Shown: piece by piece, positions 46,288 to 55,278 of the stretch | Layout of the letters: every line of letters begins with the position of its first letter | Numbering within the stretch: the first letter of the stretch is position 1 | Source of the DNA: Labilithrix sp. | GTDB taxonomy: Bacteria; Myxococcota_A; Polyangia; Polyangiales; Polyangiaceae | Assembly: GCA_026128965.1 (NCBI GenBank) | Contig: JAHCIY010000002.1 | Span: forward strand, 1,640,108 to 1,704,107 | Direction of reading: 5' to 3' | DNA: 64,000 nt | The notes under the pieces: generated by a model | Databases searched by the model: none | Told to the model about the DNA's origin: nothing | Seen by the model: the letters and a program-made list of their open reading frames with translations, nothing else | Position numbers and translations under genes: made by a program

Positions 46288-46293
46288 TAGGCG

Positions 46294-47721
46294 TCAGCGC
46301 TCGCGCGAGAGCAAGTCCGCGAGCGCGGTCGTGAACGCGCGGACGCGCGGGAGGTCGTAGCCGGGGATGAGCTTCTCGAGCTCCGCGCGCATCGCGGCCT
46401 TGTCGTAGCCGGGGCGGGCGCGCTCGAAGAGCTCCATCGCCGCGCGCGGGGAGAGCCCGACCGCGGTCTCGTGGACGGCGGCGACCTGCATCGCGGAGAG
46501 GCACTGGCCGAGCAGCTCGAGGAGCGGACCGCCGCGACGGCGATAGAGCGCGAGCGCCGACTCGATCCAGGCGGCCTCGTCCGCCGGCGTCGGAGGCGCG
46601 AAGTCGGTGACAGGCACGTGCGGCAGAGGTCGGGCCGCCGGATCGGGCGTCCAGTCCGCGAGCTCGATGCGGAGCGCGTCGAGGAGCGCGCGCTGCTCGT
46701 CGTTCACGGCGTGAGAGAGGAGATCGAAGCCGTTCATGAGCTGTGCGTGCGTGACCCACGGGATCGCGCGGCGGAGGAGCTCTGCGGCGCTCGCGGGGGG
46801 CACCGTACGCGCGCTCGTCCAGAGGAAGCCGCCCATCGCGGCGAGGACCGGCGCCGGCCCGTCGAGGTCGTCGCGCCGAACGAGCTCGGCGCGCGCGATG
46901 CCCCAGAGCGCCAGCTGCGCGGTGGTCCACGCGTCGTCGCGCGAGACGCTCGTGACCGCGCCGCAGTGGCGACAGCGCGCGAGGCCCTCGCTCGGCGGAT
47001 CGAGCGGCCCCCCGCACTTCGGACACGCCGCGACGTCGACGTCGACGTCGACGGCGGCGTCGGCGAGGACCTCGACGCGAATGCGCTCCACCGCGCGGAC
47101 GCCGAGGAGGGACGCGTAGCCGCCGATCGCCGCGCGCACCATCTCGCGCGCGTGGTGCGCCGCGCCCTCGCGGAGCGCGCCGGGCGGAGCGCCGGGATGC
47201 GCGAGGAGCGCGTCGTAGTAGCCGCGCGCGGCGGCGAGCATCGCGCGCGCCGCGGCGACGGGATCCCCCTGCGTGAGCGTCACCGCGGCGGCGCTGTAGG
47301 CGCCGAGCCGGCGACCGACCTCCGGATCGAAGGTCGCGATCTCGCTCATCGCGACCGCCTCGCGTACGTGTCGCGCGCGGGCCTCTGGATCGGTCGGGAT
47401 CGGTACGCCGTGCTCCGGGTACACGATCGCCATGAGGAGGATCTGCTCCTCGCACGCGAGGCGCCAGCGTTCGCGATCGCCGGTCGCCGCCGGCATCTCG
47501 AGCATCAGCGCAGTGAGGCGCGCCTCTGCGGCGGTCGGCTTCACGATCTGCCGGAGACCGGCGGCGTGACGCTCGGCGAGCGCGGTCTCCGTCCAGCCGT
47601 CGCCGGCGAACGCGAGGACCGCGCCGCAATGACGGCAGAGCACGACGACCGCGCGCTCCGTCGTCTGCCGCGGCGCACCGCAGACCGCGCAGGTGAAATC
47701 GCGGAGGAGGAGGCCGGTCAC
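46294..47721 (-). CDS. hypothetical protein with two zinc-ribbon-like CxxC...CxxC modules
   Basis: CAVCGAP...CRHCGAV and CPKCGGP...CRHCGAV. 7-nt gap to the methyltransferase gene downstream. Confidence 0.6.
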   Translation of the reverse strand: MTGLLLRDFTCAVCGAPRQTTERAVVVLCRHCGAVLAFAGDGWTETALAERHAAGLRQIVKPTAAEARLTALMLEMPAATGDRERWRLACEEQILLMAIVYPEHGVPIPTDPEARARHVREAVAMSEIATFDPEVGRRLGAYSAAAVTLTQGDPVAAARAMLAAARGYYDALLAHPGAPPGALREGAAHHAREMVRAAIGGYASLLGVRAVERIRVEVLADAAVDVDVDVAACPKCGGPLDPPSEGLARCRHCGAVTSVSRDDAWTTAQLALWGIARAELVRRDDLDGPAPVLAAMGGFLWTSARTVPPASAAELLRRAIPWVTHAQLMNGFDLLSHAVNDEQRALLDALRIELADWTPDPAARPLPHVPVTDFAPPTPADEAAWIESALALYRRRGGPLLELLGQCLSAMQVAAVHETAVGLSPRAAMELFERARPGYDKAAMRAELEKLIPGYDLPRVRAFTTALADLLSRER

Positions 47722-47768
47722 GCCTCACGTCATGGAACCACGAACGCCGGGGCCGGTGCGCGCGAACG

Positions 47769-48650
47769 TCAGCCGAACATCAAGGAGCGATGGGCCGCGG
47801 TCCCGGCGCGGAAGCCGTCGCCGATCGCGAAGGGCACCGCGCCGGCCGCGATCGCGGCGTCGCCGCAGGCGAAGACGCCGGGCACGGTGGTCTCCTTCAT
47901 CGCGTCCGTCTTGATGAACGGACCCATCGGACCTTGCTCGAGCTCGCAGCCGAGCTCCTCCGCGAGCGGAGACGAAGGGCGCGTCTGCGACGCGGCGAAG
48001 AGGCCGGCGAACGAGAGCGTGCGGCCGCTCGCGAGCGTCACGTCGATCGCGCCGCCCACCTTCGCGACCGGCTCGCGCTCGACGTGCACGCCGCGTCGCT
48101 CGAGCAGCGCGAGCTCCTCCGGCGCTGGCTCGTGCGCGCCGTTCGTGAAGTACGTGGTCTCGCCCCAGTCGGGCAGCATCGCCGCCTGGTGGATCGACAT
48201 CGGCGACGTCGCGAGGCAGCCGAGCTTCCCCATCCCGAGCTCGTAGCCGTGGCAATACGGACAGTGAAAGACGCTCTTGCCCCAGCGCTCGCGGAGGCCG
48301 GGGAGGTCGGGCAGCTCGTCGGTGACGCCGAGCGCGAGCACGACGAGACGACCATGATGCTCTTCGCCGGAGGCGAGGCGGAGCGCGAAGCCGTCGCTCG
48401 TCTTGCGCGCGGACGCAGCCTCGCCCTCGAGCCACGTCACGGTCGGGTACGCCTCGACGTCGCGGCGACCCTGCGCCGCGAGGACGGCGGGCTCGACGCC
48501 GTCGCGTCCGAGGAGCCCGTGCGCGTGGGCGGCGAAGCGGTTGCGGCGCACGCCCGCGTCGACGACGAGCACCTTCCGCCGCGCGCGCCCGAGCTGGAGC
48601 GCCGCCGACATGCCTGCGTAGCTTCCCCCCACGATCAGTACGTCGAACAT
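47769..48650 (-). CDS. FAD-dependent pyridine-nucleotide oxidoreductase (thioredoxin-reductase-like; no CxxC in the usual place)
   Basis: MFDVLIVGGSYAGMSAA FAD motif. Second Rossmann motif. ...GVFACGDAA... C-terminal FAD motif. Confidence 0.8.
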   Translation of the reverse strand: MFDVLIVGGSYAGMSAALQLGRARRKVLVVDAGVRRNRFAAHAHGLLGRDGVEPAVLAAQGRRDVEAYPTVTWLEGEAASARKTSDGFALRLASGEEHHGRLVVLALGVTDELPDLPGLRERWGKSVFHCPYCHGYELGMGKLGCLATSPMSIHQAAMLPDWGETTYFTNGAHEPAPEELALLERRGVHVEREPVAKVGGAIDVTLASGRTLSFAGLFAASQTRPSSPLAEELGCELEQGPMGPFIKTDAMKETTVPGVFACGDAAIAAGAVPFAIGDGFRAGTAAHRSLMFG

Positions 48651-48654
48651 CGAA

Positions 48655-49092
48655 TCACCTGTGCTTTCTCTTCGTGCCGGTCCCGCGGACGCTGCGGGCG
48701 AGCTTCGCGAGGGTGAGGGTGTGGAGTCGTTTCATGAGGAGCGCCTCCGCGTCGGCGAGCGCGGCGCCGACGGCGTCGTTCACCGCCCGCTCGACGAGGC
48801 AGCCGGGGCTCTCGTCGCGGACGCCGAGCGCGAACACGGTCGGGGTGCCGAGCGCGGCGTAGACGTCGCCGAGCGTGATCTCGTCGAGCGGTCGCGCGAG
48901 CGTCCAGCCTCCGCCGTGCCCCTTCTCCGAGCGCACGATGCCGGCGCGGCGAAGCCCCGCCATCGTGCGCCGCATCACGACGGCGTTGCTCTCCGCCTGC
49001 CGCGCGAACACCTCCGACGTGATCGGGCTCTCCGCGTCCCCGAGGTGGATGAGGATGTGCAGCGCGACGGAGAGCCGGCTGTCTCGCTTCAT
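48655..49092 (-). CDS. Rrf2-family transcriptional regulator with a single Cys, so probably not an Fe-S-binding NsrR/IscR type
   Basis: MKRDSRLSVALHILIHLG...PITSEVFARQAESNAVVMRRTMAGLRRAGIV winged-helix region. 5-nt gap to the oxidoreductase gene. Confidence 0.85.
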   Translation of the reverse strand: MKRDSRLSVALHILIHLGDAESPITSEVFARQAESNAVVMRRTMAGLRRAGIVRSEKGHGGGWTLARPLDEITLGDVYAALGTPTVFALGVRDESPGCLVERAVNDAVGAALADAEALLMKRLHTLTLAKLARSVRGTGTKRKHR

Positions 49093-49109
49093 GTAACTTT
49101 AAATGTTAC
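49093..49109. promoter_or_regulatory. AT-rich inverted repeat GTAAC-TTTAAAT-GTTAC immediately upstream of the Rrf2 start codon (candidate operator)
   Basis: Seen directly. It is the most AT-rich 17-mer in the neighbourhood, located between the trHb and Rrf2 genes. Confidence 0.45.
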
Positions 49110-49152
49110 GTGATGGCGCGCCTGTCAAGGGCGAGCGGGAGATGGCCGCGAA

Positions 49153-49563
49153 TCAGCCCGTGTTTCGCAGGAAGTCTGCGACCTCGGCGAAGCGGCGCTC
49201 GAGGAAGCCGCGGACGTCGGGCGGGATGCTCGGATCGTCGAGCGCCGCGTTCATGCAGCGGAGCCACGCGTCGCGGAGCTCCACGCCGATCGGGACGTGC
49301 CCGTGCCGCATGCGGAGCCGCGGGTGGCCGTGCGCGGTCGAGTAGTCGCGCGGTCCGCCGAGCCACTCGAGGAGGAAGAGCGTGAAGCGCTCGCGGACGA
49401 TCGGGGCGACGCGCGCGCCGCTCTCGTCGCGACGGTGCACCGCGACGAGCGCGGGCTCGTGCGCGTCCATGTGATCGTAGAAGCGCTTCGCGAGCGCGGC
49501 GGCGGCCTCGGGGCCGATCGCCTGGAAGGGCGTGAAGTCGGGTCCGAGCTTCTGCTCCGTCAT
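49153..49563 (-). CDS. glbO: group II truncated haemoglobin (trHbO)
   Basis: ...FYDHMDAHEP...WLGGPRDYSTAHGHPRLRMRHGHVPIG...RDAWLRCMNAAL closely matches the trHbO consensus. ATGA overlap with the upstream epimerase gene. Confidence 0.8.
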   Translation of the reverse strand: MTEQKLGPDFTPFQAIGPEAAAALAKRFYDHMDAHEPALVAVHRRDESGARVAPIVRERFTLFLLEWLGGPRDYSTAHGHPRLRMRHGHVPIGVELRDAWLRCMNAALDDPSIPPDVRGFLERRFAEVADFLRNTG

Positions 49564-50528
49564 CGGTCGTAGCCTTTGCTGCCGATCGCGCGGGCGAGGT
49601 CGCTCGGGAACGTCTCGCGGAGGGCGCGCGTGAAGTCCCAGCGTGGCTCCCAGCCGAGCTCTGCCCGCGCCTTCGCGTTGTCGTAGATGCGGTCCAAGGT
49701 CGGGTTCATCGTCCATTTCCGCGCGGCGTAGACCGCGCGCCACTCGGGGACGCGAGCGTCGAGCGCGGCGGGAGCGTCGCGGCGGAGCAGCGCGCAGTCC
49801 TCGCGGCGGAAGGGCGTCGTCGCGCTGACGATGTAGCGCGCGAAGCCGATCCGCGGCGCCCGCTCGAGCGCGCGGAGGTGCGCGTCGACGATGTCCTCGA
49901 CGTCGGCGCGGCGATGGAGGAGCTCGTTCGTCTTCAAGTTCTCACCCGCGTACGCGGCGGCGGCGGCCGCGTCGTCGTCGTCCTCGGGGAAGAAGCGCGA
50001 CGTCCGCAAGACGAGGCAGGCGAGCTTCTGGTTGCGATGCGCGAGCGCGCAGAGGTCCTCCGCCGCCGCCTTCGTGACGCCGTAGATGTTCTTCGGGACG
50101 AGCCGCGTCTCCTCCGTGATCCACGCCGCCGGCTCGCCCGCGGCGGGAACGAGCGCGTCGCCGAAGGTGCTCGTCGTGCTCGTGTACACGAACGCGCGCA
50201 CGCCGGCGCGGACGGCGGCCTCGAGCAGCGTCTGCGTCCCGCTCACGTTGACGGCGATGAAGTCGCGCGCCGAGCGCGTCGCGACGTGCGGCTTGTGCAA
50301 CGTCGCCGCGTGTAGAACGGCGTCGACGCCGTCCATCGCCGACGCGACGAGGGCCTCGTCGTCGATCGATCCGACGACGTCCGTGAACGCCGACGCGAGC
50401 CGATCGAGCCCGCGCACCTCCCGCCCCGCGGCGCGTAGGCTGCGGACGAGCGCCTCACCGAGGTGCCCGGCCGAGCCGGTGACGAGGACCGTTCCCATGG
50501 GCTCCGGCATAGTCGAAGGATGGATCAT
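49560..50528 (-). CDS. NAD-dependent epimerase/dehydratase family protein
   Basis: VLVTGSAGHLGEALV Rossmann. YxxxK (YGVTKAAAE). Confidence 0.8.
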   Translation of the reverse strand: MIHPSTMPEPMGTVLVTGSAGHLGEALVRSLRAAGREVRGLDRLASAFTDVVGSIDDEALVASAMDGVDAVLHAATLHKPHVATRSARDFIAVNVSGTQTLLEAAVRAGVRAFVYTSTTSTFGDALVPAAGEPAAWITEETRLVPKNIYGVTKAAAEDLCALAHRNQKLACLVLRTSRFFPEDDDDAAAAAAYAGENLKTNELLHRRADVEDIVDAHLRALERAPRIGFARYIVSATTPFRREDCALLRRDAPAALDARVPEWRAVYAARKWTMNPTLDRIYDNAKARAELGWEPRWDFTRALRETFPSDLARAIGSKGYDR

Positions 50529-50628
50529 CCGCTCCAGGGATTTCGCGTAGATGCGGCCACTGAGTACAGTGATTTCAGGAAATTACAGCCTCGCCGTCGC
50601 TGGCCCACCATGTGCTCCAGTGTAAGTC

Positions 50629-51132
50629 ATGACCGCTCGCTCCCTCCTCTTGTTTGTCCTCCCGATGGTCCTCACGGTCGGCTGCGCCGCCGAGGCGATG
50701 GAAGAAGAGGAGATGGGCGAGACCGAGAGCGCGCAGACGGCGCCGGCGTCGAGCACGCGCCGCGACGCGGTCGTCGATCAAGCGCGCCGCGATCGCCTCG
50801 CGGGCGAGGAGGCGACGGGCTACCTCGGCATCGTCACCGGCGACGCGAAGGGCGCGAAGAAGGCGCCGCGCGATCTCTCCGCCCGCGTCTCGCACATCAA
50901 CATCCAGCGCCGCGCGCTCTACACCGAGATCGCGCAGCGAAACGGCGTCACGGTCTCGGAGGTCGCGCAGACGACCGCGTGCCTCCTCTTCCGCGATCGC
51001 GTCGCGGTCGGCGAGGCCTACCGCACCGACGACGCGCGCTGGGAGATCCACACCGAGAGCGACGCGATCGAAATACCTGCATTCTGCAACCGCGAGACGG
51101 TGACCGTCACGGTGGAGACCGAAGAGCGCTGA
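50629..51132 (+). CDS. YdbL/DUF1318-family lipoprotein
   Basis: Lipobox LTVGC. ...SHINIQRRALYTEIAQRNGVTVSEVAQTTA... is the DUF1318 core. Confidence 0.7.
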   Translation: MTARSLLLFVLPMVLTVGCAAEAMEEEEMGETESAQTAPASSTRRDAVVDQARRDRLAGEEATGYLGIVTGDAKGAKKAPRDLSARVSHINIQRRALYTEIAQRNGVTVSEVAQTTACLLFRDRVAVGEAYRTDDARWEIHTESDAIEIPAFCNRETVTVTVETEER

Positions 51133-51169
51133 AGGTCGCGCAGCATAGGGCGCATTGATCCGAAACGTT

Positions 51170-51766
51170 TCACCGCTCACCCGACCGGCTGATGGACGGC
51201 GATGGGCTGCCGTTCACCGCGGGCACCGTCGGCGTCGGCGCGACGGTGACGGCCTTGTCGGCGGAGGAAGGCACGGACACGTTCCGCGCGAACGGCTCGG
51301 TCGCGTTCCCTTGAAGCTTCGAGGCACGAAGCTTCTGGAGCGCCGTGGCGAGCGACGCGCCGTAGACGACGTGCGCGAGGGCCATCGAGGTCGGCCGTCC
51401 GAAGCGGTCGCGTGACGGCGGGCGCATGAGGTGGAGCTTCGGGATCCAACCGGCGTAGCTCACCGCCCAGATCGCGAGACCGTAGAGCACGCCGCCGCCC
51501 ACGCTCCGCGCGGGGCGCGGGAGCAACCCGAACAGCGCGCCGGCCGCAGCGCCGTACCCGACGTGCGCGGCCGCGGTGGCGAGCTGCAGCTCGGCGCCGC
51601 GAGGACGATGCCCCACGAGGGTCAGAATGCGACGCGTGAGCTTCTTCGGCGGCGGCTCGCCGAGGAGGCCGGTCGCCTTCGCGACCGCAAATTCGAGGGT
51701 CATCACGCCGGTCGCGAGGATCCCCGCGGCGGCGCCGGTCAACGCTCGGCGAAGGACGTCGTTCAT
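51170..51766 (-). CDS. hypothetical membrane protein
   Basis: Four hydrophobic segments with a Pro/Ser-rich tail. High GC3. Confidence 0.5.
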   Translation of the reverse strand: MNDVLRRALTGAAAGILATGVMTLEFAVAKATGLLGEPPPKKLTRRILTLVGHRPRGAELQLATAAAHVGYGAAAGALFGLLPRPARSVGGGVLYGLAIWAVSYAGWIPKLHLMRPPSRDRFGRPTSMALAHVVYGASLATALQKLRASKLQGNATEPFARNVSVPSSADKAVTVAPTPTVPAVNGSPSPSISRSGER

Positions 51767-51811
51767 GATCGCGGGCGGTGCACGCGGAGTGCCACCGGCG
51801 TGGACGTCGCG

Positions 51812-52693
51812 CTACGCGTGAATGAGCGCCCACGCCTCCGCCGGCGCGAGCTCGAGCAGGACCGGGACGACGAGGCCCTCCTCGCGATCGAGGTGATCGA
51901 CGAGCACGTCCTCGAAGCGCGCGAGCGCGGCGGCGGCGTCTTCGCGCGCGGTCTCGGGGCGGAGCGCGTCGTTCACCGCGTCGATCGCGGCGGTCAGCTC
52001 GCCGTGATCGAGGACGAGCTTCTCCGGCGCGCTCCCGGTGCGGCGCTCGACGAAGGGGAAGAGCATCTGCTCCTCCGCGTGATGGTGATGGTGCAGCATC
52101 TCCGCGATCGGCGCGAACGCGCGGCCGACCCAGCCGAGCGGCACGTCGGGCTCGCGCTCGAACATGAAGCGGAGGCGCTCGGTCGCGACGCGGAAGTGAT
52201 CGTGGAGCGTGAGGAGCATCCCCGCGGGGCCCTCGAGCGCGCCTTGCGCCCGCCACCGCGTGCGGCGCGCGCGGCCGAGGACGCGGCTCACCGCGGCGCC
52301 GATGCGCGGGTTCACCGCGAGCTCGGCGAGGCCCTCCGCGCTCGGGAGCCACTTCGCGCCGCGGTGATACGGCGCGTCCCTCACCGGCGCGAGGTCGGGA
52401 TCGAACGCGCCCTCGAGCTCGGCCGCGAAGTAGTGCGTGACGCAGTCGTAGTCGACGCCGTCCCAGCGGAACGGATAGCGATCGACGAGCACGAGGTGCG
52501 ACTGCACGTGCACCGCGACGCCCGTCTCCTCGAGCGTCTCGCGGCGCGCGGTCTCGGCCGGGCGCTCGTCCTCCTCCACGCCGCCGCCGGGCGGGAACCA
52601 GCTCTCGACGCCGGTGGTCGGGTCGCGGAGCCGCACGAGGAGGAGGTGCCCCTCCGCCTCGCAGACGACCGACGCTCGCGTGCGCCTCTTCAT
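51812..52693 (-). CDS. NUDIX hydrolase fused to a hemerythrin-like (HHE cation-binding) domain
   Basis: Nudix box GGGVEEDERPAETARRETLEETG. The C-terminal half has LHHHHHAEEQ...F...DHL... pattern typical of hemerythrin HHE domains. Confidence 0.7.
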   Translation of the reverse strand: MKRRTRASVVCEAEGHLLLVRLRDPTTGVESWFPPGGGVEEDERPAETARRETLEETGVAVHVQSHLVLVDRYPFRWDGVDYDCVTHYFAAELEGAFDPDLAPVRDAPYHRGAKWLPSAEGLAELAVNPRIGAAVSRVLGRARRTRWRAQGALEGPAGMLLTLHDHFRVATERLRFMFEREPDVPLGWVGRAFAPIAEMLHHHHHAEEQMLFPFVERRTGSAPEKLVLDHGELTAAIDAVNDALRPETAREDAAAALARFEDVLVDHLDREEGLVVPVLLELAPAEAWALIHA

Positions 52694-52775
52694 TCTGGAG
52701 AATGTATCATTTCGTGAAATCCGTGTGCGTCCTTCGCCGGGAATCACCCCGCCGTGCCGGTCGTAGACGTAGACT

Positions 52776-53441
52776 ATGGTCGTGCGCTCCCGCCGTCTCT
52801 ATACCGCCATCCTCCTCGTAGCGGCCGCCGTCCTCGCCACGAACCTCATCGTCCTCACCGGCGGCAGGACCGAGGGGCCCCAGAAGCGGGCGGGCCGTGT
52901 CTGGGGCGAAACCCCTGACGTAGAGATCGCGCTCGTGCTCGGCGCGGCGGTGCGGGACGGGAGACCGTCGGACGTGCTGCGCGATCGGTTGGACGAGTCG
53001 CTCGCGCTCTATCGCGCGGGTCGCGTGCGGAAGATCCTGGTCAGCGGCGATCACCGGACCGCGGTGTACGACGAGCCGAACGCGATGCGGCGCTACCTCG
53101 AGGCGAAGGGCGTCCCGCCGGCCGACATCTTCATGGACCACGCCGGCCTCGACACGTACAGCTCGGTCTGGCGCGCGAAGCACGTGTTCGGGGCGCGCAA
53201 GCTCATCGTCGTCACGCAGCAGTTCCACCTCTCGCGTGCGGTCTGGTGCAGTCGCGCGCTCGGGATGGAGGCGGAAGGAGCGGCCTCCGATCGCCATCTC
53301 TACCGCGGCATCGCGTGGCTCCACGCGCGTGAGGTCGTCTCGCGGACGAAGGCGTTCGTCGACGTCACGAGGCGCCGCGTGCCGCGCCACGGCGGCGCGC
53401 CGATCGACCTCGGCGGGGACGGTCGCGTCACCGCGGGCTGA
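52776..53441 (+). CDS. SanA/YdcF (DUF218) family protein
   Basis: N-terminal transmembrane segment. ...ALVLGAAV...ILVSGDH...NAMRRYL... DUF218 core. Confidence 0.8.
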   Translation: MVVRSRRLYTAILLVAAAVLATNLIVLTGGRTEGPQKRAGRVWGETPDVEIALVLGAAVRDGRPSDVLRDRLDESLALYRAGRVRKILVSGDHRTAVYDEPNAMRRYLEAKGVPPADIFMDHAGLDTYSSVWRAKHVFGARKLIVVTQQFHLSRAVWCSRALGMEAEGAASDRHLYRGIAWLHAREVVSRTKAFVDVTRRRVPRHGGAPIDLGGDGRVTAG

Positions 53442-53516
53442 GCCGGAAGAAATCGACCGCGCGCTGTAATCGCGCTGCGGTCCGTGCGTCTGCAGGTTCG
53501 AAGGAGCTGGCGCTCG

Positions 53517-53666
53517 ATGAGCCAGAGAGACGCGATGAACCAGGACGAGAAGAAGGGCTGTTGTGACGTGGCGGACTGCGGCTGCGGCGAGGCGTGCCGC
53601 TGCGGGGAGACCTGCGAGTGCGATCCGTGCACGTGCGCGGATTGTGGGTGCGCGACGGAGGGCTGA
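53517..53666 (+). CDS. 49-aa Cys-rich metallothionein-like protein (12 Cys)
   Basis: MSQRDAMNQDEKKGCCDVADCGCGEACRCGETCECDPCTCADCGCATEG. AGGAG 10 nt upstream of the ATG. The listed ORF start (GTG 53484) lies upstream of the ribosome-binding site. Confidence 0.55.
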   Translation: MSQRDAMNQDEKKGCCDVADCGCGEACRCGETCECDPCTCADCGCATEG

Positions 53667-53686
53667 GCTCCGGCATCGAAGCCCTC

Positions 53687-54397
53687 GTGGCATCCGCGAA
53701 GTCGATCTTCGGGGCGGTGGTGGGCCGCTTCATCTTCACCGAAGCCCGCGTCGCGTCCGTGCGCGACGTGGGCCCGCGCCTGCGCATCGCCGAGCTCGCC
53801 GGCGACGCGCTCCGCGGCGTGGCGTGGACGCCGGGCGACAAGGTCCAGGTGTACCTGCCGGGCCGCGGGATGCGCACGTACACCCCGCTCCGCTGGGACA
53901 AGGAGCGCGGCGAGACGAGCTTCCTCCTCTACGTCCACTCGACGACGACGCCGGGGGCGGCGTGGGCGGCGGGGCTCCGCGCCGGCGACGAAGTGAGCTT
54001 CTTCGGGCCGCGGAGCTCGATCCGCTTCCCGGAGCTGAGCGAGCCGGTCGTCCTCTTCGGTGACGAGACGTCGTTCGCGGCCGGCCGCGCGCTCCACGAC
54101 GCGCGGCGCGCGACGTGCGTGTTCGAGGTCGACGACGAGGCGGCGGCGAAGAGCGCGCTCGACGCGATCGGCCTCGGCGGCGCGACCGTCGTCGCGCGCG
54201 GCGCGGCGGACGCGCACCTCCCCGACGTCGCGGCGCGCATCGCCGAGGAGCTCGCGAAGGACACGCGCGCGTCGCTCGCGCTCACGGGCAAGGCGCAGGC
54301 GATCCAGCTCCTCCGCGCGCGCTTGAAGGCGAGCGGCTCGCTCCGCGCGGGCAAGACGAAGGCGTACTGGTCGGTCGGAAAGAAGGGGCTCGACTGA
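53687..54397 (+). CDS. siderophore-interacting protein (FAD-binding SIP/ViuB family)
   Basis: ...RVASVRDVGPRLRIAELAGDAL...WTPGDKVQVYLP...RTYTPLRWD... (RxYS/T FAD motif) and ...FFGPRSS...VLFGDETSFAA.... Probable GTG start after the metallothionein-like gene stop. Confidence 0.75.
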   Translation: MASAKSIFGAVVGRFIFTEARVASVRDVGPRLRIAELAGDALRGVAWTPGDKVQVYLPGRGMRTYTPLRWDKERGETSFLLYVHSTTTPGAAWAAGLRAGDEVSFFGPRSSIRFPELSEPVVLFGDETSFAAGRALHDARRATCVFEVDDEAAAKSALDAIGLGGATVVARGAADAHLPDVAARIAEELAKDTRASLALTGKAQAIQLLRARLKASGSLRAGKTKAYWSVGKKGLD

Positions 54398-54439
54398 GCT
54401 CGTTCGCGCGACGGGCGCGGGTGATGCATCATCCCGCGC

Positions 54440-54946
54440 ATGGCAACGCTCCAAAAAATCGTCCCGTGCTTGTGGTTCGACACTCAGGCGGAGGAGGCGG
54501 CGAAGTTCTACGTCGGCGTCTTCGAGAAGGGCTCGCGCATCGTCCAGGTGACCCGCTACGGCAAGGCGGGGCAGGACGTCCACGGCCGCGCGGAAGGCAG
54601 CGTGATGACGGTCGTCTTCGAGCTCGAGGGCCAGCCGCTGACCGCGCTCAACGGCGGCCCGCACTTCAAGTTCAACGAGGCGGTGTCGCTCCAGGTGATG
54701 TGCGACTCGCAGGCGGAGATCGATCGCTTCTGGGAGAAGCTCGGCGCCGGCGGCGACCCGAAGGCGCAGCAGTGCGGCTGGCTCAAGGACAAGTTCGGGC
54801 TCTCGTGGCAGATCGTCCCCCGCATGATGGACGACATGTGGAGCGAGGGCGTCTCCGAGAAGACGGAGCGCGCGATGGAGGCGATGCTGAAGATGAAGAA
54901 GCTCGACATCGCGGAGCTGGAGAAGGCCTACAACGGCACGACGTGA
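54440..54946 (+). CDS. VOC-family (PhnB/3-demethylubiquinone-9 methyltransferase-like glyoxalase fold) protein
   Basis: MATLQKIVPCLWFDTQAEEAAKFYVGVF...MTVVFELEGQPLTALNGGP... Confidence 0.8.
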   Translation: MATLQKIVPCLWFDTQAEEAAKFYVGVFEKGSRIVQVTRYGKAGQDVHGRAEGSVMTVVFELEGQPLTALNGGPHFKFNEAVSLQVMCDSQAEIDRFWEKLGAGGDPKAQQCGWLKDKFGLSWQIVPRMMDDMWSEGVSEKTERAMEAMLKMKKLDIAELEKAYNGTT

Positions 54947-55272
54947 CGGCCGACGCGGACCTCGGCCGCGCCGCCTTCCTTCGCGACGCGGCGGAGCTCG
55001 GTCGCGAGGACGCGGAGCCGATCGTACCGGCTCGCGTCGAACGCCGCGATGCGCGCGCGGCGCGAGGGCGGGCGCGGCGCGGTGGGGTCGCCTCTCGCGG
55101 TGGGGTCGGCGCTCGCGGCGCGGGCGGGGAGCAGCGAGGCGCGCGCGTCCGTCACCGCCCAGCCGAGCTCGAGGAGGTCGCCGTGCGCCGGCGTGGCGCC
55201 GCTCGTCTGGCAATCGACGACGAGGACGCGCAGCGCGTCGAGCTCCATGACCGCGCCATGATACAGCTTCAT
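54928..55272 (-). CDS. questionable small ORF (114 aa) upstream of and divergent from polB, with a degenerate DEDD-exonuclease-like start
   Basis: Very high GC3 for this frame. N-terminus LRVLVVDCQTSGATPAHGDLLELGWAV resembles exonuclease motif I (D-x-E-T-T-G) with E replaced by Q. The C-terminal half is Arg/Pro-rich and contains a 12-nt direct repeat. Confidence 0.25.
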   Translation of the reverse strand: MKLYHGAVMELDALRVLVVDCQTSGATPAHGDLLELGWAVTDARASLLPARAASADPTARGDPTAPRPPSRRARIAAFDASRYDRLRVLATELRRVAKEGGAAEVRVGRHVVPL

Positions 55273-55278
55273 CGCGCG

